A DNA stretch of 64,000 nt from Candidatus Omnitrophota bacterium (GTDB taxonomy: Bacteria; Omnitrophota; Gorgyraeia; Zapsychrales; Fredricksoniimonadaceae): the NCBI GenBank assembly GCA_002753465.1, contig PEAF01000004.1, positions 474 to 64,473 of the forward strand, written 5' to 3'. Below the pieces are notes generated by a model. That model saw only the letters and a program-made list of their open reading frames with translations. It searched no databases and was not told where the DNA came from. The translations under genes and the position numbers were made by a program. Below are positions 9,102-18,572 of the stretch, one piece after another. Position 1 is the first letter of the stretch, and the number at the start of each line of letters is the position of its first letter.

Positions 9102-10081
9102 AAAAGATCCTGGCCTTTAGAAATGATCGTTTCGGCGAGTTTTTGCTGAATATTCCGGCGTTCCGCGCGATCAAAGAAATTTATCCCGAGATCGAATTGC
9201 ATGTTGTGGTGGCGCCTTCGGTTGAGGGGATTGCCGGATCCGTGCCGTTCATTGATAAAGTTTTGGTGCGACCATCAGGTCCTTGTCCGTGGTGGGAAGA
9301 TATGGCCCTCATCGGCGGCTTGAGGCGTGAAAAATATGACGCGGCGGTAGTCCTTAATCCTTCCCGTGAGGCCCATCAGATCATTTTCTGGGCCCGCATA
9401 CCCGTTCGTGTTGGATACTCCCGCAAACATCATTTTCTGCTTACTAAGACGCTGGAAGACCATAAGCATCTGGGTTTACATCATGAAGTGGATAATAATT
9501 TGGACCTAGTGAAGTTGCTGGGCGCATCGACAGCAGATAAAACATTACAGTTAAATATTCCGGCGGATGTCAAAGCGGCTGTTGTTAAGAAGTTCAGCCT
9601 TGATCCGCATGAGGCTATGGTGGCCGTGCATCCATGGACAAGTGATCCTGTAAAACAATGGCCGCTGGAAAGATTCAAAGAGTTGGTTGATGGTCTGGCT
9701 AAAGACTTTCCGGGGAAGATCCTGATCATTGGAAAACCTGAGCCCTGGCATGATGAGTCTGCATTCCCCTCCCCCTTGTGGGGAGGGGTTGGGGAGGGGG
9801 GATGTTCGCGTATCATCGATTTGCGCGGAAAAACTTCTTTGCTTGAGGCCGCGGCTGCGTTGAGTTTTTGCCGTTGCCTGGCTTCCTGTGACAGCGGGCC
9901 GATGCATCTGGCCAGCGCGGTCGGCACGCCGGTTGTGGCCTTGTTCAGGAATGATATGCCAGGCAAGAACCCCAAGCGTTGGGGACCGTGGGGTGAAGGG
10001 CATATCGTTATCCAGCAGGCATCCATGGATGCGATCACGGTTGACAATGTTCTTCTTGTACTCAAAAGTAAACTCGGTTAA
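9098..10081 (+). CDS. Glycosyltransferase family 9 (heptosyltransferase-like)
   Basis: ILAFRNDRFGEFLLNIPAFRAIKE N-terminus and DSGPMHLASAVGTPVVALF C-terminal motif. ATGA overlap with the ABC gene. Confidence 0.75.
   Translation: MKKILAFRNDRFGEFLLNIPAFRAIKEIYPEIELHVVVAPSVEGIAGSVPFIDKVLVRPSGPCPWWEDMALIGGLRREKYDAAVVLNPSREAHQIIFWARIPVRVGYSRKHHFLLTKTLEDHKHLGLHHEVDNNLDLVKLLGASTADKTLQLNIPADVKAAVVKKFSLDPHEAMVAVHPWTSDPVKQWPLERFKELVDGLAKDFPGKILIIGKPEPWHDESAFPSPLWGGVGEGGCSRIIDLRGKTSLLEAAAALSFCRCLASCDSGPMHLASAVGTPVVALFRNDMPGKNPKRWGPWGEGHIVIQQASMDAITVDNVLLVLKSKLG
9766..9801. repeat. G/C-rich palindromic mini-element embedded in frame in the GT9 gene
   Basis: cccctcccc-cttgt-ggggagggg followed by ttggggagggggg. 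Encodes FPSPLWGGVGEGG in a linker region. Confidence 0.7.
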
Positions 10082-10105
10082 TTGTCGGAAATAAAGATAG
10101 AGGTT

Positions 10106-10831
10106 ATGGCTAAGCAGAATCATCTTTTAGAAAAGATCGTCAGCGTCATCGCGGGCCAGAAAAAAGGTAAAGTCCTGGATATGGGCTGTGGCGACGGCAA
10201 GACAGGCAAGCGTCTGCTGGACCTCGGTTTTGACGTCGAAGCTTGTGATATGGACAGCGAGCGGTTTGAATTCAAGGGAATTATTCCGTTTACGGCCGGG
10301 AACCTTGATCATCCCCTGCCTTATGCTGACGGGACGTTTGATTATGTGATATTCATGGAGGTCATAGAGCATATTTATAATCCCGGGTTTGTGATCTCTG
10401 AGATCAGCCGCATTCTGCGCCCTGGAGGACAGATCTTGCTCTCAACGCCCAACATCCTCAATATTGCTTCACGGTTTCGTTTTCTCTTGGAAGGAAGTTT
10501 TGATTTCTTCCGCGAGCCGACATTGGATTATGCCAAGTGTTTTCCTGTCGCTTTGCAGAATATGCATGTTGTCCCTTGGAGATATCAGGAACTTGAATAT
10601 CTGCTTTATCAGTATGATTTGGTTACGCACGATTTTCATATCGATCAAAAGAAGGTTAATTTATATCTTCCGTTACTTTTGATGAGGCCATTTTTATGGT
10701 TGCAGGCTAAGACGAAGGAATGGAATGCCAAGAAGAAGGGTAGCGTTGATTTTGCGCGGATGAACAAGATCCTGCTGTCAGATGACATGCTTTTAGGAAA
10801 ACATTTGATCATGAGAGCCGTGAAGGCATAA
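10106..10831 (+). CDS. Class I SAM-dependent methyltransferase
   Basis: VLDMGCGDGKTG motif I and FDYVIFMEVIEHI. The track start is TTG 10082; ATG 10106 is preferred. Confidence 0.7.
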   Translation: MAKQNHLLEKIVSVIAGQKKGKVLDMGCGDGKTGKRLLDLGFDVEACDMDSERFEFKGIIPFTAGNLDHPLPYADGTFDYVIFMEVIEHIYNPGFVISEISRILRPGGQILLSTPNILNIASRFRFLLEGSFDFFREPTLDYAKCFPVALQNMHVVPWRYQELEYLLYQYDLVTHDFHIDQKKVNLYLPLLLMRPFLWLQAKTKEWNAKKKGSVDFARMNKILLSDDMLLGKHLIMRAVKA

Positions 10832-10835
10832 GGGC

Positions 10836-11615
10836 ATGGATAAGATCGCTGCGGTCATTATTACTAAGAATGAAGCAACGCGTATTCGTAAGGCTTTGAC
10901 GTCAGTTCGGCCGCTTGTCGACGAGATCATTGTGGTCGACGATATGTCAACGGATGACACGTGCAAAATTGCAGCTGAAGAATTTGGAGCTAAGGTTTAC
11001 AGGCGTGATCTGAACGGTGATTTTGCGGCCCAGCGGAATTTTGGAGCGGATCAGTCCGGGTGTGAATGGATCATGTGGATGGATGCGGATGAAGAGCTGC
11101 CGGTAGAGACTGTTTCAAAGATACGGCAGGCGTTGGCGGTGTCTAAAGATGAGGTCGGATTTCAGCTACGCCGGCTCAATCATTTGTTGGGGCAGCCTAT
11201 TCGGCATGCGGGGGCCTACGAGTACGTTTGGCGTATTTATCGTAGCGATAAAGTGAGATTTCAGAAGCCAATCCATGAATGCCTGGGTATTCAGGGGGTG
11301 ACCGGTCGTATTGATGCGGATATCCTGCACTATCCTTTTGAGGCCATGACACCCATGCTCATGAAAGCTGTGACCTATGGTGAGCAGGAGGCTGAACTTT
11401 ATTGCCAGCAGCATGCGACCGTCAGCGAAAAAGAGATCCGTTATCGCCTGATGTGGAAATCGGTGAAACTGTTCTGGAAGATGTATTTTAAGAAACAAGG
11501 GTTCAAGGATGGTATGCCAGGCCTGGTCTGGTGTATTTGTAATATAATCGGGCCGCAGATCAAGTGGATCAAGATCTGGGAGAAAGCTAAGATCAAAAGG
11601 ACCTTGGTACCGTGA
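10836..11615 (+). CDS. Glycosyltransferase family 2
   Basis: AAVIITKNEATRI..EIIVVDDMSTDDT..MDADE (DxD). Confidence 0.75.
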   Translation: MDKIAAVIITKNEATRIRKALTSVRPLVDEIIVVDDMSTDDTCKIAAEEFGAKVYRRDLNGDFAAQRNFGADQSGCEWIMWMDADEELPVETVSKIRQALAVSKDEVGFQLRRLNHLLGQPIRHAGAYEYVWRIYRSDKVRFQKPIHECLGIQGVTGRIDADILHYPFEAMTPMLMKAVTYGEQEAELYCQQHATVSEKEIRYRLMWKSVKLFWKMYFKKQGFKDGMPGLVWCICNIIGPQIKWIKIWEKAKIKRTLVP

Positions 11616-12337
11616 GAGGAAAAATGATTAATAATATCAGTGCATTCACGATCAATAATCCTGTTTTTGTCAGGATCAAGAAGAAGTTCAATTGGGCTAA
11701 ATTGACCTATGAGCAGTCTGTGAAAGCCGTTTATATCAATGAGCGTATCATTGAGCTTCCTTTTGTCATTCAGGGGCTTGCCGGATTGAAGCGTGGGGGC
11801 AAGGTTTTGGATGTGGGGTGTTCGGAGAGCATCCTGCCGATGCAGTTGGCTGGCCTGGGCTATGCGGTCACGGGATTGGATTTCCGTTATTATCCTTTTC
11901 ATTTTCCCGGGCTGGGATCCTGCCAGTCTGATGCGACAAAGATGCCTTTTGAGAACGGGTCTTTTGATGCGGTGACATGTGTGTCCATGCTTGAGCATGT
12001 CGGGATCGGTCATTATGATGATCCTTGGCATGATGACTCGGGGGATACCAAGGTCATGGGGGAGATCGCACGGGTCCTTCAAAAGGATGGTTTGATTTTA
12101 TTGACAGTGCCTTTCGGTGTTCCGACACAAGGCTCGCTGCAGCGGACATATGATCCTAAGCGTCTTGAAAAGATCTTGAGTGGCTGGCGTGTTGAAGAGA
12201 AAAGATATTTTATCAATGCCCAGGATAAAGGGGCGTTGAACGATCATTGGCAGGAATGTGATGAGGCCAAAGCGGCAACGATGAATTCGGTCGATAAGAC
12301 TGTTTGTGTTTGCTTGCTCAAAGCCAGAAGGTCTTAG
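11612..12337 (+). CDS. Class I SAM-dependent methyltransferase
   Basis: VLDVGCSESILP and FENGSFDAVTCVSMLEHVG. 4-nt overlap with the upstream gene. Confidence 0.65.
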   Translation: MRGKMINNISAFTINNPVFVRIKKKFNWAKLTYEQSVKAVYINERIIELPFVIQGLAGLKRGGKVLDVGCSESILPMQLAGLGYAVTGLDFRYYPFHFPGLGSCQSDATKMPFENGSFDAVTCVSMLEHVGIGHYDDPWHDDSGDTKVMGEIARVLQKDGLILLTVPFGVPTQGSLQRTYDPKRLEKILSGWRVEEKRYFINAQDKGALNDHWQECDEAKAATMNSVDKTVCVCLLKARRS

Positions 12338-12365
12338 ATCCGGTTAATTACCCAGAGGATCCTGT

Positions 12366-13130
12366 ATGAAAGATGCTAGAGAATCGTATCGCGATTATTA
12401 TAAAGAGCAGGCCACGGCCATAGGCGGGGATGAGCGTTTTACCTGGGTCATGCAGGAGATCCTTAAAGACGTTTCCGGCAAGAAGGTCCTTGATGTCGGG
12501 TGTGGTGAGGGGACTTTACTGAGGATGTTACGCGATGCCGGCAATGAAGTGCAGGGTGTTGATGCGGCCCAGACCGGCAAAGACCTGTGTGTCAGTAAGG
12601 GGTTGCCGTGTGAGGTTGTTGATATCAGCCGCGGGGCGTTTCCTTTGGCAGATGATGCGTTTGATGTGGTCCTTTGTTTAGAGACATTAGAACATTTGGA
12701 GAATCCGTATCACTGTATCAGCGAGATCAAGCGCGTCCTGAAAAAGGGCGGGATGTTTGTGGCGAGTATCCCGAATCCCAAGAGTTTGCACGGATATATT
12801 TATCCAGGGCTTTTTGAGTTTGATAATTTCGAAGCTTTCCTTGAGCTTAACGGATTTAAAGTCACGCGTCAGGCCTGGTGGGGGCAGAACACCATGTTCA
12901 ATGGCCTGTCCCGTCGTCTGGCGGCGTGCGGGTGTACGTGGGGACAGGGGTTGGAACGGTTCATCTATTATTTGAGCCGTAAGCGCAATGCCTTTCTGCG
13001 CAATCATTGTTCAACACCCAGGGATTGGTGCTGGTCGTTGAATTTTGTATGTGTCAATGAGGTTAAACATACGGATGTTCTTCATGAGATCGCTGTAGAA
13101 ACGACGCCCAGCGATAAAAGGCGTTCTTAA
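12366..13130 (+). CDS. Class I SAM-dependent methyltransferase
   Basis: VLDVGCGEGTLLRML and FDVVLCLETLEHL. Confidence 0.7.
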   Translation: MKDARESYRDYYKEQATAIGGDERFTWVMQEILKDVSGKKVLDVGCGEGTLLRMLRDAGNEVQGVDAAQTGKDLCVSKGLPCEVVDISRGAFPLADDAFDVVLCLETLEHLENPYHCISEIKRVLKKGGMFVASIPNPKSLHGYIYPGLFEFDNFEAFLELNGFKVTRQAWWGQNTMFNGLSRRLAACGCTWGQGLERFIYYLSRKRNAFLRNHCSTPRDWCWSLNFVCVNEVKHTDVLHEIAVETTPSDKRRS

Positions 13131-13161
13131 GCATTATTCATGTGTTGTAGAGGGATATGGG

Positions 13162-14325
13162 ATGCGTATCGGATTTGATGCCAGGATATTGACAGTACCT
13201 AAATGCGGCGGAGTGGCTTATTTCGCGCGTTTGCTTAAGCATCTGCCTTTACTGGATGATAAGATCGAGCTGGTGCTTTTCCTGCCGCAAGCGATCCTGC
13301 CCGAGCATGAGCATTTCCTGCAGCATGAGCGTATCCGGCGCGTTATGGTCCCCGAAGGGGCCAAAGATCTCAGCCGTTGGCCGGCGAAGCATATGCCGCG
13401 CTTGCTGAGGGAACATAAGATCGATATTTATCATCAGCCGTTTAATGCGGATGGGGCTTTTTTCTGGTCACCGTGCCCGGTCATTGTTTCGATCCTTGAT
13501 CTTATTCCATGGGTCATCCCCGGTATTTTTCGTAAGCCATTCAAGGCGCTGCGCTATAAGTTGAGAAATATTCTCTGGGCGCATACGTCAGCAAAAGTTT
13601 TGACGATCTCTGAAGCGAGTAAACGTGACATTGTGCGCCTTTGCCGTGCACAGGCCGATAAAGTTGTCGTTACCTTATTAGGTGCTGATGATATTTATAG
13701 CGGAGTTATACCTTCGACGGAAAAGGAAGGCATCTTGAAGCGCCTTGGCCTATTCGGCAAAAAGTATGTGGTGAATATGGGCGGGTTGAACCAGTTGCGC
13801 CGTAATCCGGATTTCATCCTGGAAGGGTTCGGTCAATACCGACGCGAGACTGGTGACGATTGTTATCTGGTTTTCACGGGCAGCATTCTTAAACAGGACG
13901 GGTTCTTTGAGCGTGTTCAGGCCAAGATGGAACAGTTGGGCATTACGGAACGGGTCATTATTACGGGGTTTTTGACAAACAAGGACCTTAAAGTCGTTCT
14001 TGCAGCGTCATGTGTTTCTGTCATCACATCGCTTTATGAAGGGTTTTGCTTGCCCATGACCGAATCGTTCTGCTGTGGGGTGGCGACTATTGCCAATGAT
14101 CGCGGCTCTATTCCTGAAATTGCAGGCGATGCGGCCATTCTGGTCGATCCTACCCAGCCGCAAGTTCTGTCTCAGCAGCTTAAGGTCTTGATGACGGATG
14201 AGGGCAGGCGTGAGGAGTTAAAGCGTAAGGGTTTTGAGCGGGCTAAGCTTTTCCGCTGGGAGAATGCGGCGCAGGGAACCTTGGACGTGTATCGGGCCGT
14301 GCATGCCCGTAAGGCGGTAAGATGA
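13162..14325 (+). CDS. Glycosyltransferase family 4 (GT-B)
   Basis: MRIGFDARIL N-terminus and SLYEGFCLPMTESFCCGVATIAND (EX7E-type region). Paralogue of 15269-16414. Confidence 0.8.
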   Translation: MRIGFDARILTVPKCGGVAYFARLLKHLPLLDDKIELVLFLPQAILPEHEHFLQHERIRRVMVPEGAKDLSRWPAKHMPRLLREHKIDIYHQPFNADGAFFWSPCPVIVSILDLIPWVIPGIFRKPFKALRYKLRNILWAHTSAKVLTISEASKRDIVRLCRAQADKVVVTLLGADDIYSGVIPSTEKEGILKRLGLFGKKYVVNMGGLNQLRRNPDFILEGFGQYRRETGDDCYLVFTGSILKQDGFFERVQAKMEQLGITERVIITGFLTNKDLKVVLAASCVSVITSLYEGFCLPMTESFCCGVATIANDRGSIPEIAGDAAILVDPTQPQVLSQQLKVLMTDEGRREELKRKGFERAKLFRWENAAQGTLDVYRAVHARKAVR

Positions 14326-15272
14326 AATATCTTGTGACAGGCATTTCAGGTTTTGTCGGGGCGTACCTTTTTGACCAGCTTTCTTCCAAGGGCCATGATG
14401 TCGTCGGTGTTGATGCGTATCCTTTGTCAATGCCGCTGGCTTTATCGCGCTTTTATCAGATGTCCCTTATGGACCAAAGCGGGATCCGTGGAGTGATCGA
14501 ACAGGAAAAGCCGCAGCGCATCGTGCATCTGGCATCGGCGAGTTCCGTCGGATCAAGCTGGCAGCAACCCACGGATTGTTTTGTCAATAATACGAATATC
14601 TTTCTTAATTTGATTGAAGCCGTACGCTTGTCCGGTCTTAAATGCCGCATCCTTTCAGTGGGGTCATCGGAGGAGTACGGACCGGTAGCCGCGTCAGAAA
14701 TGCCCCTTAAGGAAATACGTCCGGCCAATCCCATGAATCCTTATGCTGTAGCGCGCGTCGCCCAGGAGAACATGTCACGCGTGTTCGCTAAAGGGTACGG
14801 GATGGATATCGTTTGTACGCGTTCATTCAATCACATTGGGCCTGGGCAGACGGACCGTTTTGTTGTCAGTTCTTTTGTGCGCCAGGCTGTCGAAGTGTCT
14901 CGCGGCCAAAGGCCTAAGATCATTTGCGGGGATCTGGATGTGGTGCGTGATTTTGTTGATGTGCGTGATGTGATCGCGGCCTATGACTGTATTCTGGATA
15001 AAGGTATTTCCGGTGAGATCTATAATGTTTGCAGTGGTCAGGGTGTGACCCTGCGCAGCATCCTTGAACGTATTTGTTCTAAAGTCGGCATACCCGCTGA
15101 TTTTCAGGTCGACCCGGCGCTTATCAGGCCGATCGACAACCCAGTGATCATCGGGGATAATACCAAGTTGTGCTCTTTAGGTTTTGCATTAGCGTATGAA
15201 GGATTAGATGCCGCGATCGATGGGATGGTCGTTTGGTGGCAGAAGAAATTAGACGAAGGGGGCAAAGGATGA
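14322..15272 (+). CDS. NAD(P)-dependent SDR, GDP-4-keto-6-deoxymannose reductase (Rmd)-like
   Basis: LVTGISGFVGAYL, YAVARV (Y..xK-like region) and GDLDVVRDFVDVRDV, typical of the Rmd/Gmd clade. Confidence 0.65.
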   Translation: MKYLVTGISGFVGAYLFDQLSSKGHDVVGVDAYPLSMPLALSRFYQMSLMDQSGIRGVIEQEKPQRIVHLASASSVGSSWQQPTDCFVNNTNIFLNLIEAVRLSGLKCRILSVGSSEEYGPVAASEMPLKEIRPANPMNPYAVARVAQENMSRVFAKGYGMDIVCTRSFNHIGPGQTDRFVVSSFVRQAVEVSRGQRPKIICGDLDVVRDFVDVRDVIAAYDCILDKGISGEIYNVCSGQGVTLRSILERICSKVGIPADFQVDPALIRPIDNPVIIGDNTKLCSLGFALAYEGLDAAIDGMVVWWQKKLDEGGKG

Positions 15273-16414
15273 GGATCGGCTTTGATGCGGCAAGCTTGAC
15301 GCGGGAGCGTTCGGGTATAGCGAATTATCTGGTCAGATTGGTGCGCCGTCTGGTCGAGATCGATGGGGACTTGCAGGTTGTCCTGTTCGCTCCGGACAAG
15401 ATCTGTGTGGATTATGATCTTTTCATCCATCATCCGCGCGTGAAGCGCGTGATCGTTGATCTGCCACGTGCCGAGCAAAAGAAATGGGTCAGGAAGTATC
15501 TTCCCAAACTGCTTAAGGAATACGATATTAATCTTTTTCATCAACCCGGTGGGCTGGACACGTCAGTTTTTCGTCCGTCATGTCCTTGCGTAGTGACAGC
15601 TCATGATATGGCGCCCTGGGTCCTTAATACGTTCAAGGATCTGCGCAAAGCTATCAGATATAAGGTGCGTACCACGCTCTGGGCGCATCAGGCCAAACGC
15701 ATTGTGACGGGCGTTGATGTCAGCCGTAATGATATTGTGCGTTTATGCCGTGTGTCAGCGGATAAGGTCATTGTTTCGCCATACGGCGCTGAGCGTGTAT
15801 ATGAAGGGGATATCACGGCGGATGAAGAGAATGATATCCTGCGCAAGTACCGGTTGCAGGGTAAGCGTTACGTTATCAATTGTTCCGGCCTGAATTTCAA
15901 ACGCCGCAATCTTGATCTGGTCCTGGACGGCTTCGCGCGTTTTCAACGGGAGGTTACCGGCGAAGTGACGCTTGTGTTCACGGGAGCGATCGCTAATGTT
16001 CAAGGCGCTTTTGACCGTGCCCAGCGCAAGATGGGCATGCTGGGCATACGCGAGCGCGTTGTAACGACGGGGTTTATGGCCGAGAAATCGCTGCAAGTAC
16101 TTTTGAATAATGCCGAAGCGGTGATCATTACCTCTTTTTGCGAGGGGTTCCCTCAATCCATGGTCGAGGCGTTCGCCTCAGGGACAGCGGTTATTGCCAC
16201 GGATCGCGGCGGTGTTCCCGAGGTCGCGGGTGAGGCGGCGGTTATTATTGACCCGTATGACCCTCAGGCATTGTCTGAGGCGCTTAAGCGTCTTACAGGC
16301 AATGAAGTCGAAAAGCATTTATATGCCGAAAAAGGCCACACACGCGCGCAGGATTTTACCTGGCAGCGTCATGCACAGGATGTAATTGCGGTTTACCGCA
16401 GTCTGGTGAAATGA
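15269..16414 (+). CDS. Glycosyltransferase family 4 (GT-B)
   Basis: MRIGFDAASL start at ATG 15269, with an ATGA overlap on the upstream stop. SFCEGFPQSMVEAFASGTAVIATD. The track start at 15233 is rejected. Confidence 0.8.
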   Translation: MRIGFDAASLTRERSGIANYLVRLVRRLVEIDGDLQVVLFAPDKICVDYDLFIHHPRVKRVIVDLPRAEQKKWVRKYLPKLLKEYDINLFHQPGGLDTSVFRPSCPCVVTAHDMAPWVLNTFKDLRKAIRYKVRTTLWAHQAKRIVTGVDVSRNDIVRLCRVSADKVIVSPYGAERVYEGDITADEENDILRKYRLQGKRYVINCSGLNFKRRNLDLVLDGFARFQREVTGEVTLVFTGAIANVQGAFDRAQRKMGMLGIRERVVTTGFMAEKSLQVLLNNAEAVIITSFCEGFPQSMVEAFASGTAVIATDRGGVPEVAGEAAVIIDPYDPQALSEALKRLTGNEVEKHLYAEKGHTRAQDFTWQRHAQDVIAVYRSLVK

Positions 16415-17478
16415 AAAAGATCCTTATCGTTAATCCCTTCGGCATCGGGGATGTTCTGTTCTCTACGCCCCTTATCGCTGCCTTGAAGGCGCAGGATCCG
16501 TCTGTGTCTATCAGCTATATCGGCAATGCGCGTACGCTCCCATTCCTAAAGAATGATCCGCGTTTAGACCATGTTTTCTCTTATGAGCGTGATGAGTTTG
16601 TTGCCGTTTATAAGCAATCACCTTGGCAGTTTCTTTTAAAGTGGAAGAAATTTGTCGAGGACATCCGTGCCGAGGGGTTTGATACGGCATATGATCTTTC
16701 GAATGGTTCTCCGGTGAGCGTGGCGTTAATGTTAGCGGGTATCCCGCAGCGCATAGGGTTTGACTATAAAGGCCGCGGGCGCTGGCTGACACAAAAGATG
16801 CCGCTTAAAGGTTATGAAGGCCGTCATGTGGCGGAGTATATTCTGGACCTGATGCGTGTCGCAGGACAGGACCCAATGACGGAGCATGGGATGTCTTTAT
16901 ATGTGGGTAAGCCGGAAGAATTTTGGGCGCAGGATTTCATGAGAAGTCATGGCCTTCTGGCAAAAGGATTCATCATGCTGTTCCCTGGGGGCGGCGCCAG
17001 TTGGGGTAAGGGCGCTGATCTGAAGCGTTGGCCGGCGCAAGGCTATGCGAAATTGGCTGAGAAAATAATTGAAAGATCAAAGTGCCCCATTATACTGATG
17101 GGGGACAAGAGCGAAGAAGGCCTTTGTAAGGCTGTTATTCCGCAGGGAAATGCTTTGGTCATTATTCTGGCAGGACAGACCAGTGTGCTTCAATCGGCGG
17201 CGCTGATGCGTCAGGCAAGATGCGTTGTCGTTAATGACGGCGGTCCGCTGCACATGGCGGTTGCCTGCGGCGCTTCGACGGTATCGATCTTCGGGCCGGT
17301 TGATCCTGCGGTGTACGGGCCGTATCCGGCAAGCGATAAGCATAAAGTAGTTGTCAAAGGTTTGGCGTGCCAGCCGTGTTACAGGAAATTCAGGATGTCC
17401 GGGTGCGGGCATCAGCGTTGTTTAAAAGATCTAACTGTTGATGATGTTCTTGAAACCATGAAGGAGTTTTTGGTATGA
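16411..17478 (+). CDS. Glycosyltransferase family 9 (heptosyltransferase-like)
   Basis: KILIVNPFGIGDVLFSTPLI and NDGGPLHMAVACGASTVSIFGP. Confidence 0.75.
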   Translation: MKKILIVNPFGIGDVLFSTPLIAALKAQDPSVSISYIGNARTLPFLKNDPRLDHVFSYERDEFVAVYKQSPWQFLLKWKKFVEDIRAEGFDTAYDLSNGSPVSVALMLAGIPQRIGFDYKGRGRWLTQKMPLKGYEGRHVAEYILDLMRVAGQDPMTEHGMSLYVGKPEEFWAQDFMRSHGLLAKGFIMLFPGGGASWGKGADLKRWPAQGYAKLAEKIIERSKCPIILMGDKSEEGLCKAVIPQGNALVIILAGQTSVLQSAALMRQARCVVVNDGGPLHMAVACGASTVSIFGPVDPAVYGPYPASDKHKVVVKGLACQPCYRKFRMSGCGHQRCLKDLTVDDVLETMKEFLV

Positions 17479-18572
17479 GCGTGCCGTTTATTGATTTTAC
17501 GGAGCAAAATAAACTTATCCGTGCCCAAGTTGACGCGGGCTTGAACAGCGTTATTGAAAAGGCATCCTTCATCATGGGGCCTGATGTTAAGAAATTTGAG
17601 GATGAGTTTGCGGCTTATTGCGGCGTCAAATACGCCGTGGGTGTGAATTCAGGGACCGATGCGCTTTATCTGGCGCTGGCCGGTTTAGGTGTCGGGCCAG
17701 GGGATGAAGTGATCCTTCCGACGTATACCTTCATTGCTACGGCGTTGTGCGCTTCCTATACAGGCGCTCAGGTCAAGTTTGTGGATATTGAAGAAGCTTC
17801 TTATAATATGGACCCCGCCAAACTGGAAAAAGTCATTACCAAGAAGACCAAGGTCATTATTCCAGTACATCTTTATGGCCAGATGGCCAACATGGATGAG
17901 ATCCTTGCCGTCGCGAATAAACATGGCATTGCGGTCCTGGAAGACTCCTGTCAGGCGCATGGCACGCGCTATAAGGGGCACAGAAGCGGTTCCATGGGTA
18001 TTGGCGGCTGTTTCAGTTTCTATCCGACCAAGGGCTTGGGCGGCTGGGGTGACGGCGGCATTGTGGTTACCAGTGATGAGAAATTAGCGCATATGGTGCA
18101 GATGTTGCGTGATTATGGACGTACGGATCGTTATGCCCATAAGTTCAAAGGTCATAATTCACGTCTGGACACGCTGCAAGCGGTTGTCTTGTCGGCTAAA
18201 TTGCCCCACCTTGATAAGTGGAATGAAATGCGTAAGGTGGTCGCAGGTTTTTACGCCAAGCATTTGGCAGGGCTTCCGGTCATTCTGCCCAAAGGTCAGG
18301 CTGATCGTGAGCATGTTTATCAGACCTATGCTATCCGTCTTAAAGACCGCGCCCGTGTGATGGATAATCTTAAAGCCAAAGGTATTACGGCCCTTATTCA
18401 TTATCCGATCCCGATCCATTTGCAGGAAGCCTATGTTGATGCCGGCTTTAAACAAGGCGATTTCCCGGTATCTGAAAAGATCTGCGACGAGATATTATCA
18501 CTGCCGATGTTCCCTCACATGACCGAAGCACAGGTCATTGAAGTAGCGCAGGCCTTGAAGGAGTCTTTTTGA
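17475..18572 (+). CDS. DegT/DnrJ/EryC1 family sugar aminotransferase (Lys-type)
   Basis: GVNSGTDALYLAL, EDSCQAHG and FSFYPTKGLGGWGDGG, with the PLP lysine present. Confidence 0.8.
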   Translation: MSVPFIDFTEQNKLIRAQVDAGLNSVIEKASFIMGPDVKKFEDEFAAYCGVKYAVGVNSGTDALYLALAGLGVGPGDEVILPTYTFIATALCASYTGAQVKFVDIEEASYNMDPAKLEKVITKKTKVIIPVHLYGQMANMDEILAVANKHGIAVLEDSCQAHGTRYKGHRSGSMGIGGCFSFYPTKGLGGWGDGGIVVTSDEKLAHMVQMLRDYGRTDRYAHKFKGHNSRLDTLQAVVLSAKLPHLDKWNEMRKVVAGFYAKHLAGLPVILPKGQADREHVYQTYAIRLKDRARVMDNLKAKGITALIHYPIPIHLQEAYVDAGFKQGDFPVSEKICDEILSLPMFPHMTEAQVIEVAQALKESF

